Under the pieces are notes generated by a model. That model was not told the origin of the DNA. It ran no database searches and saw nothing but the letters and a program-made list of their open reading frames with translations. Both the position numbers and the translations under genes were made by a program. DNA of 64,000 bases from Ophelia neglecta (lineage: Eukaryota): the NCBI GenBank assembly GCA_965285935.1, contig OZ260666.1, positions 51,088,001-51,152,000 of the forward strand, in the 5' to 3' direction. Numbering within the stretch: position 1 is the stretch's first letter; each line of letters starts with the position of its first letter. Positions 1 through 9,260 of the stretch are shown here, piece after piece.

Positions 1-543
1 GCTATCTTTGTGTTGGCCCAGGTAAAATCAAATTTCTAAAGGACAAGAACACTTTGGTCAATCAGGGCCCAGACTTTCTTAGCAGTCCCTCCCTCAACAC
101 TCGTATCATGGGATGATCACCCACTTGGGGTGCACGCTTCACGAGTGTTGAAAACAATCCCAGTCTTAGGCAATGGTCATTGCTTGATATTTTCAAAAGA
201 ATTTCAAAGACATAGACTAATTATTTAAATTTGCTTAAGATTTGTAATGTCTTAATATGTACATTTCATCAGTGGGAGGGTCCGAGAGATCCCTGGACAG
301 ATCACACCCTTATCTATATTTTAAATTAATTACATAGATATCCCATCTCATTTTAATATTATTTCGACTGTACTTGTTTCTATATGGTTACAGCACTTTT
401 CTGTGCATTAGAATTGTTTGTATTTTGTGAACTATAAGTGCTAATATTAAATTATACACAATAAACTCATCCTTATTGATGAGAGATGTTTAATGTGACA
501 AGCAAAATATAAAAAATGACTGTGCAGAGAGCATATAACTCAC

Positions 544-2975
544 AGCATATACACTTCTTAATTTGATGTCATCTCTTCTGTCTTTTGTGTTTTCGGGCAG
601 TGGTTTGGAAGGAGACCGCCTGATCTTAGACCCATCTTCATTCACCTGATCAACAAATTGAAAGACATTATATGCTTTGGACTTAGAAGTACATGTATTA
701 CCATTCAGTAGGTTTATTTGCATATCATGTAAACATTTCTGTGAATCTAGTGTTAGTTAATTTGGTCCAATAAACAATTTCTACATAACATAAATATAAC
801 ACGATACATGCACATTTTAAGCACTACAGGAATTTCTTATCAAAGTACAATGAACTATATACCTCCATGAGCTTTGAACTAGACTTTTTCAAAGCTTCTG
901 TGATTATTTTAGTGTCATTGGAGATCTCTGCCAGACGTTTAAATTTTAGCATGGTTTCCATAGAAACCCCTTGGAATAGTTAAGGATACCACTTGAACAT
1001 TATACAAATCAGTAGATGTATTTAATTAGAACTAGTGACATGATAAATACTAAACTAGAATGAACAATTGAAAACAAAGTGTTTAGAGGAGCAGGTAAGG
1101 ATCATTATCCAATGATGATCCATTTATTTGCCAAAAGGTATGTTCCAACTTTGTATGGACCCTGCTCCCAAATAGCCAGGCCTTTGGAGGCATTCAGGGC
1201 ATGGATAAAATCATTTAAAAATATGCTGTGGGTAAAACATAAACATTCGGCTTGGCATCATTGAGTAAACCTTGATTTAACCATTAGTATAGTATTTTGT
1301 ATTGTGTACAATATGTACATGTGTTAAGACATAAAAGGATACATCCTTCTTCTTTTTTGGCTTCTTCTTGCAGAAATTTGTCACGGGCAAGATTAATGTC
1401 ACCAAAATAGTACTGAAAAAAAAAATTACAATATAATAAGAATACATGCAATTAAGGTAATTACCATTTTTGAAGATAACTAGATAGGGTAACCCTGTGT
1501 AACGTCCCCCGGCTATAACCAACAGTTGGGGACATCTCTTGATTTGCCATGGCTATAAGGGGTACCCAAAATAAATAAATCTGTTTAAACTAACCAATAG
1601 TTGTACAGGTTAGAGAGTAATCCTTAAAGCTATACAAGTTCTGTTTCCATGGTACCTAAATATGTCTAGAATTTTTGCTAATGACATCACCAGCTATGGA
1701 ACATTTTGCCTCACCATAATACCCATGGAGTCATTTACCTGGGGATGCCAATAACCAGTTTCACATCAACATTTACAACCAAATTAGCCAAGGGGATGAT
1801 TCGACCTTGAAAAAAAAGGCCAAGCTCCAATTCAAGGTCAATGATGGTACCCTATACTGCATTTTTGAATATATCATAGGCAATTTTAAACTAGTAATTA
1901 TACACTTGGGGTGTGGATAATACACAGAAGCTAAACTTCTCAAGTTTTCTAGTGGACAGATTAGCTAAAATTGTGCCGGTGTGTGATACTGGAGTGAATT
2001 GTCCATTTATCACAACAGGGTCAAAAAAATTCAATAAAGTGATATTATCGCAAAATGCTGCAAAAATCGACAGGCTCACAGTTAATTTGGCTGATTAATC
2101 CCCCAATATTGATCTCAAATCAAAAGACAGCTGCGGACTATTGCAAAGAATCCCATAAAGTTATGAAATTATCCCCAAAATAGTTTAAGAGATGTTGCAT
2201 CAAGAACAAATCTTGTCCACCACATTGTGGCAGCCATCTTGGTTTTCCAATCAGTCTAATAATCTTATAATTTTGTGTCTCCCTCTGCAAAAAAACACTC
2301 CTATGAAGTAGCACAGAAACTGCACTTTTATTGACTTATATCTGATCAAACCTTACCAATGAACCGACCACCTGACTATATGATGCTTTTAGTTGCTTTG
2401 AAGCAGAGGTCTAAAAACTGCAAGGGTATGCTTTTATCACAGAAAAAAGGTAAATAAGTTTTGCACCCCATATTGTTTTTTATGAATGATGCTCGAAAAG
2501 AGTCCCATGCCAGTTTTCAGCATATGCCTTAACAAAAGAATGAAAAACTTAAAGTGTCTTATCATGTGACAAAAAATGAGGATGAAAGAGTTTAATGAAA
2601 AATGTTTCCCTTCTAAGTATGGGGGATATAACAAAATAACATTCAATGATTTACATCAAAGTTATTTTTTTAATAACTAACTTCAACTTGTTTAATAATT
2701 TTTTTCTCCAGGGCTGTTGGGACTTCAACTTCCTTTTTCACTGACGGGACTTCAACTTCCTTTTTCACTGACGGGGCTGTTGATTCCCTCTCCACTGATG
2801 GGAATGTTGATTCTTTTTTCAATGATGGGGATGTTGGTTCCTTTTTCATTGAAGATTGCTCCTCCATTGATGGGGATGTTGGTTCCTTTTTCACTGAAGA
2901 TTGCTCCTCCACTGATGGAGGTGTTGCTTTCTCTTCCACTAAAGCAGCCGTTGATTCTCCATTGGCTTCAGCCAT
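544..2975 (-). CDS. SSB: Lupus La protein homolog (La motif plus start of RRM1), 3'-partial; gene continues beyond the left edge
   Basis: Coding exons 2975-2682, 1412-1343, 969-863 and 645-544, all GT-AG and phase-consistent. They give MAEANGES...TALEKKIIKQVE|YYFGDINLARDKFLQEEAKKEEG|WVSMETMLKFKRLAEISNDTKIITEALKKSSSKLME|VNEDGSKIRRSPSKPLP...RSVYA, the canonical La motif leading into RRM1. Non-coding exon 1 donor (GTAAGT) at 4434; exon 2 acceptor at 3002. Confidence 0.93.
970..1342 (-). other. U12-type (minor spliceosome) GT-AG intron in La
   Basis: Donor GTATCCTTTT (1342-1333). Branch sequence ATCCTTAAC (987-979) ends 9 nt before the exon. No polypyrimidine tract. Confidence 0.88.
1490..2415. 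mobile_element. Degenerate non-autonomous interspersed element (HINE/MITE-like) in La intron
   Basis: Contains GACCTTGA...TCAAGGTC inverted motifs (1803-1840), a GGCAGCCATCTTGG module and a palindromic 3' end. These resemble molluscan Helentron-associated repeats. Boundaries approximate. Confidence 0.35.
2715..2925 (-). repeat. Coding tandem repeat in La N-terminus (2 x 45 nt then 4 x 27 nt)
   Basis: PSVEEQSSVKKEPTS / PSMEEQSSMKKEPTS / PSLKKESTF / PSVERESTA / PSVKKEVEV / PSVKKEVEV. Confidence 0.9.
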
Positions 2976-4469
2976 AATGATCAATTCGTTTAGAGGCAGA
3001 GCTGTAAATAATATAACAGTTTTCATATAAAATATACTGATACTATTCCGTCAGTTCAATAGCTGGTGTTAAAAACTAGGAATTGAGTTAATATTTTATT
3101 CATCAATATGAGATCTGTTTACACAACAAAATCTGGACACATTATTTGAAGGCTGTCAAAAGTGCCAACAGTAAAACAAAAAGAAATAGCTACAGACTTC
3201 AGAGCTACAGGCAGGCACCAAAAATCTGGCAAAGTATTACATTTCAGAAATGAAACATGCTTAACTGTTTGAACATTTGCAAAAAGAATGCCACCAAAGA
3301 ATTCTAAAAGATTATAACTATAACCAAGAAAGTTCACAACAACCTTTATTTGCTTTATTACAAATGACTTAATTGGAAGTCCAGAGAGCACTGAAAAAGT
3401 TGTCACCCATTTGCTTGAATATGTCACAGATGGGGGCAAATCTTCCATTCATGCTTGCATCCAAAATAATCGCTGGGTTACCAATTTACTTTTAGGCTCT
3501 ACATTTCAAACGAACTTAATTAGCAAAGGCAGAGGTGACCCCAATACCACTTGAACTTTGCCAGTACCATAGGTGCCCAGTCAACTCCCGCGGGTGCTAG
3601 CTCAAGCGGGCCACAACTCGGGCATGATATTATTTTCAGTTATGGTGTATGCATGGTTTCTCTACAGTTTGCACATTGCATACATATACAATGTACAATT
3701 AGTAACTTATGAATACAATTATGAATACAATGCTCAAGATAGGCCAAGATAGTTTTTACTCCCTCCACAACCAAACGAATGTGGACTGCCATTCCCGGTC
3801 TGTGAAAAATGATCATCCATAATAGCAGGTACGAGGCCGTGTGAAATGAATTCATAGGCAACCTCGAGTTGTAATTTGGATGTATTCTTGGGACATCGAA
3901 CAAACTATGAAGAAAGGTGACAGAGGCAATGCCTATTTGCATGTTGGACCTAAAAGTCCCGGCTTTTCCCGATCTACTCCCTCCAATTTCCATAACGTCC
4001 TGAGTTTTGGACCCTATCCCACATGAGACCAGATTGTAGTTATGTGTGAATCCAGAAAATATTTACAATTTTATCTAGTTCTTATATTTCGATCTTGATG
4101 TACCCGACCATGCATAGATCGTATTGTGATGTTGTAATTATGTCATGAGAGCTTTTAATTTAGTTTCTTTTGGTATACTACCAGCGGAAACGTTCTAGGC
4201 TTGGCAGAGTAACCAATTTTTCCTTGTATTATTGATACATGTATATATATCATATATATATAAATAAAAATATATATATATATACCAAGGGAAGAAGTAA
4301 ACATTCAACCACACAATGTTACGCTTCGATATTGCTTCCCTAGATCACGTCCACATGGTTAAACAAATAATGGTCCATAAATAATTACATGAATCCATAG
4401 ACTAACTAACGAAATAAAAAATTCATGAACTTACATACGCTGTTCTTGTGGCTTACAGGCGCACTCTTT

Positions 4470-4900
4470 CTAACAAATAAACTCTTGTCTACAGCACAGC
4501 TTAATAGATTTCATATGACATTGGGTGCTTACCGTCTGTGAAGTGATCTTTCTAACCAGTGATAGACACGAGCTGAGCGATATTTCTAGAGGAAACCACG
4601 TTTTTGCATCAACCGGAAACGTTGACTTATTAAAAGACGAATTCCTCCGACAATGGTTTCCGAAACAAAACAAGAAATCGTATTATGACTTAATACACAA
4701 ATTATAATTCTGGGTTTGGCTTAAATGTTTTAAATCAGTTGCAAAAAATAAACCTGATGATTGGAACGTACGAAACTTTTTCGTTTTTATGAATTCATCT
4801 AGTCCAAATACAAGCTGTTGAATTCTAATTTTAGTAATTCCCCAGGCATAACATGCGCACAATTCATATCCGGAAGTCCATGCAAAGAAGAAAAATTTCA
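4470..4900. promoter_or_regulatory. Bidirectional promoter La / PHB1
   Basis: Lies between the La non-coding exon 1 (donor 4434, minus) and the PHB 5' end (exon 2 acceptor 5034, plus). ETS/GABP motifs CCGGAA (4613) and CCGGAAGT (4870-4877); NRF1-like CATGCGCA (4852-4859). Confidence 0.6.
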
Positions 4901-5097
4901 CCTTGAGTAGGAAATTTTCTTTTTTCTCCAAGTTAAAGATAATTCAAAATTTGCCAATGCAAAAAAAATGTTGAACAAGCCTTTGGGCAATTTCTAATGT
5001 AATAGCTTTGAAACCAAGTTGCGTCTTTTTGCAGGGAGGTTACCTGGTTACACCGGTTTGACAAGGGGTCGAAGCTCGACATTTTTATCCAGAAAGC

Positions 5098-7945
5098 ATG
5101 GCAGCCAGGTTATTTAACAGAATTGGTGCATTGGGTTTGACAGTTGCTGTTGGAGCCGGGGTGATTAATTCTGCATTATACAATGGTTCGTTTCAACAAA
5201 TTACATTATCCACATATAACATATTCGTGCTTGTGTAATAATTGGTCAACATCTATGAACATTTCATCATATATGTTGTAAATAAGAAGGGTCAGGCGAA
5301 ACACCAGAATAAAATTTGAAATGCCAAAATAACAAAAAAAATGTGTTTGGTACTTTAAGTATATTATGTTTAAACTGTACCATTTTTCAACTTTACACAA
5401 ATCTACACGATCAACCAATCACACACCTGCGCGTCTGTCACTCTGTTGTCCAGCGCTGTGTGAAGTTGCTGTGAAGATGGAATCTTTCCTATGGTACAAG
5501 AGTCTGATGAGAATTGCTCAGTATTCTTTAAACTCAACCAAAATTAAGCATGTTTTCACCTGCCAAAGTCTGCCATGTTCATTTTATCATAAAGAATCAG
5601 ACTCCCATAAAATACTCATGGGTTTTTTTTGGGCTATAGATCAAAATGATATCCAGAGGTCTGAATCTGATCTAGAAATTTGGTATCATTCTATGGCTTG
5701 GATGTATCATTATCAGGTTCTACTCTTGCCCAAACTGTGCTATAAGAAACACAGCTTTTGTCATCTGCATAATATAGAAAATACGGCATACTACTATGTA
5801 TATGTATGGACAAATGAAAATACTGTATGGTTTCAAGCGACTTGAAGATAGCATTTACACTTGTATTACAAACAAAAAAAAGGATAAATTGCATCTTTTA
5901 ATGGTCTAATAGTAACAAGATATGATAGCTGTTGCACTAAGATAAAAGTCAGGTTGAAAAGAATGTATTATCTAGTGAATACCGCCAGATATTTGGGCAT
6001 TCTGGATTAACATGAGTAACTATATTTCTCTCGCATAGTATAAATTGTTAGTTTGCATTTATCAATTTCTTTTGCTATGGAATTAAGTTATACAATATTT
6101 ATCTGCAGTTGATGGAGGACATAGAGCTGTAATATTCGACAGATTTCAAGGAGTGAAACAAACAGTGATAGGTGAAGGCACACATTTTATGATCCCATGG
6201 GTACAGAGACCTATAATCTTTGATATTAGGTCCAGGCCAAGGAGTGTACCTACTATAACTGGAAGCAAAGGTATTTCAAACAAACTGATACATTTCTATG
6301 CTTCTAAGGGTAAGGGTTTTGCTGCATGCATGATAGTTGAGAGAATGTGAAGCGTTCAATGTGATATTTATCTGTTCTGTACTCGCAAGGATCTATAAAT
6401 AAGACAACTCCATGAATACAACAAATAATGCCATGATTCTTTTTTTTTTTTTAAACACATTTTTTAGTGCTGTAACAAAAGGTTTGAAGCCTTTAAGGTC
6501 ATATGACAATCATATCAGAAAAGTGTTTGTTATGAACCATTCCCTTTGTCAGTTATTCCTCTCTTTCATATGGACAGTAAGACTTCAATTATTGGTTATT
6601 TTCAGATTTGCAGAATGTGACCATTACCCTGCGTGTAATTTTCAGGCCATTAGCTGACAGACTTGCACTTATCTATACAAATTTAGGTATAGATTATGAT
6701 GAAAGGATCATGCCTTCAATTGTTAATGAAGTGCTGAAAGCTGTTGTTGTAAGTAGATGCTTTCTGACATTTGTGGCAATGTGTTTGTATTTTACCATAT
6801 CTCTTGAATAGAGCATTTGAAATTTCAATACTCCAAAATAAAAGTGTGGTTCAGTCTGCTGCATTAGCACTAGTCAGATGCCTGTATATAGTAAAGTTTC
6901 ATTTGTGCCAGACAAAAAGCTCAAAATAGGGGTAAAGAATTATATTTTCTTCATCCTGCTTACTGTGTGAGCACCAGACTTTTACCCACAAGGCCACAAC
7001 ACAGTTGTTATTGCAGAGAGGAGCCATAATGGCAAATTATTGTGTAATTGCACAAATGATGAGCACAACTTAAATTGTGTATGAAATTTCTGCTGTGACC
7101 CCACCATTTTTTTAGCAGCAGGATCTAAATAAAATAATTACTTGCAGGCCCAATATGATGCTATAGAACTAATTACACAGCGAGAAGCAGTTTCAATGAA
7201 AATCAGTGAGGAGCTAACCAACCGAGCGGCACAGTTTGGAATTGTCCTAGACGATATTGCCATTGTAAGTAATAAAATAGTACCGCATATATTTTCTCAG
7301 CCTGAGCATTCACATGTAGTATTCTTACATACACATAATGCCTACCCATGTCTTCTTGTGAATAAATTTTGTACTAAGTGCAGCAGTGCAAATTAATGTT
7401 GTATGGTTTAATGTGCTTTTAAAATGTCAGCAGTAATTATAGAAGCAGTGTCACCCTAAATGAATATGAATACCCTGTTAAACTTGCATTGATATTCCAC
7501 CAGACCCATTTAGCATTTGGCAAGGAATTTACAGAAGCTGTAGAATTGAAGCAGGTTGAACAGCAGTCTGCTGAGAGAGCAAGATATCTTGTAGAAAAGG
7601 TAAGTTGATATATTTATATAGTAAATATTTGATATAGAATCTATAAATCCTCAAAGACTTCCAAATAACTATTTTTGAAACATGTTTTAGTTAAATACGT
7701 ATCTTCACTCATATTATTATGTCTAATTGTAGGAAGAACAAAGAAAAATAGCTGCAATTGTTCGAGCAGAGGGAGATTCTAAAGCGGCTGAACTCCTTGC
7801 GAAGGCCTTTGGTGATGCTGGAGAAGGTCTTGTTGAGTTACGGAAACTGGAAGCTGCCGAGGACATTGCCTACCAAATGTCACAGTCACCTAATGTTGTC
7901 TACTTGCCAGAGAGACAACAAACATTACTGGCTCTGCCACAGTAG
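5098..7945 (+). CDS. PHB1: Prohibitin 1 (272 aa)
   Basis: Exons 5098-5185, 6109-6270, 6606-6748, 7148-7264, 7504-7599 and 7733-7945 (88/162/143/117/96/213 nt; 819 nt total). Motifs [65 protein letters not shown]. Confidence 0.97.
6854..6993 (+). ncRNA. Candidate intronic H/ACA sno/scaRNA in PHB intron
   Basis: Weak hairpin GTCTG...CAGAC, ANANNA box (6912-6917 or 6923-6928), then hairpin GGGTAAAG...TTTTACCC with upper stem TGCTTA/TGAGCA, followed directly by ACA (6988-6990). No target identified. Confidence 0.35.
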
Positions 7946-8022
7946 TATAGCTGACAACTTTTTTGCCAGTTTTACCGTAGTTCACCTGATCAAATTTCAG
8001 CTTTTGACATACAATTATTTTA

Positions 8023-8397
8023 AATAAAAATTTCTAAGGATTTCCAAGATTCCAAACTATACCTACATTGATCATGTCATGATAGTGCTTTCCAATGAAT
8101 GGGTCTTTGTACAATAACACATTTACTTTGACTGAGCAATAGAGTACCAAGTTAACCAATCAAAGGAGAATGCAGTACGCTAATTGATTTTTCTGTTCTA
8201 CAAGATGGTGTGAAAGGCATGAACAATTAATTCGAGTGATATTCCATTATTCGATTTGTTCAACACATTGGTGCATACTTGCTGGGTTCACCAGCATGAC
8301 CCTCGGGTCATCTTATGAACCCATTTTGTGTGAAGTAGTATGGTAGACTTTTATGATTGTTTGTCGCACCTTTATAAATGTTTGCCCATACAATAAA
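8023..8397 (+). terminator. Two PHB polyadenylation signals (AATAAA 8023-8028 and 8392-8397)
   Basis: Canonical hexamers downstream of the stop codon at 7945. Confidence 0.55.
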
Positions 8398-8499
8398 ATT
8401 TAAAAAACCAAATGTTTGATTTGTCATGTCTGTTATATTAGAATGGTAGAACTTTATCATTAGACATCTGAGTCAAAATAAAGTAGAATACTGTACTGG

Positions 8500-9260
8500 T
8501 AAAAATGTTCACCCAAGTTAAAATAGGCATACCCAATGTATTGAACACTTGCAGGTAGCCGTATGCAGGGAATGTTTTATGACTATAAACCTGACCTTGA
8601 CCTTTGCTTTAAGCGCAATGCATGTGTCCCAAATTCTCATGGTACATGATAGGCATGCCAAATGTATTGAACACTAATAGGAAGTCGTATATATATTAAA
8701 GTGGATATTTTGATGGCTACAAACTTAATTTTGAACTCTGCTTAAAGGTCAAATCATGTAGACTAATCTGAATTTTCCAACTCTGTGTAGCTTAATGGTG
8801 CAAGGTATCCATGAATAATGGATTGAACACTAATAGCAAAATATACTTGATAAATGTAATGAACAATAATAGGAAGTCCTATACAGGGAACCTTTTGAAG
8901 GATACAGAATTGACCTTGACATCTGCTTGAATGTCAAATCCTGAGATCCGAGTTTTCAAGCCTTCATATGGCTTAAAGACAGGCATTTCAAATATATGAA
9001 ACATTATTCGTAAAATAAGCAAAATTATAAAGCAGACTCCTGCTAGAAAAGCTGCCCCCCCCCCCCACTTGGTGTATGAAGCAGTATAGGTAGCCTGTTG
9101 GATAAGAAGCAGTATATGTAAGTAGTATAACAAACTAGTAATTGGTTGCCCATTTGGATCCATTATGGTAGCCTTTAGGGAAGGATATCTTGGGCATTTT
9201 ATAGAGTTCTCAAATTCGACCTTGGGGTCTATTTCAAGGTCAAACAGCAGAAATCATGAT
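8500..9260. repeat. Degenerate ~125-nt satellite-like array with TGACCTTG/CAAGGTCA motifs
   Basis: GGCAT..AATGTATTGAACACT..AGGAAGTC recurs at about 8526, 8652, 8820-8870 and 8982. TGACCTTGACCT at 8592. Confidence 0.55.

Noticed and set aside
94-156. Plus-strand pocket matching 28S GAAGC-UA-CCAU
   Set aside because: It is antisense to the host gene and the targeted U is not a pseudouridine I can confirm; a 9-nt match may be chance.
3051-3106. C/D snoRNA candidate on the La-sense strand (TTGATGA...CTGA)
   Set aside because: No terminal stem, very short, and the partial rRNA complementarity does not fit the D+5 rule.
3645-3735. U17/SNORA73-like motifs (GAAACCATGCA, TATTCATA) on the minus strand
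   Set aside because: m1 is mismatched, m2-to-ACA spacing is wrong, and the context is low-complexity AT-rich.
5419-5525. Hairpin plus CTGATGAG (hammerhead core) or GTGAAGA...CTGA (C/D boxes) in PHB intron
   Set aside because: No GAAA after stem II, and the C-D distance of about 37 nt is too short.
5366-5845. 159-aa ORF inside PHB intron
   Set aside because: No recognisable motifs or coding bias; lies within a well-defined intron.
8592-8603. TGACCT-TGACCT (DR0) as a nuclear receptor element
   Set aside because: Embedded in a satellite-like repeat where this motif is a structural part of the unit.
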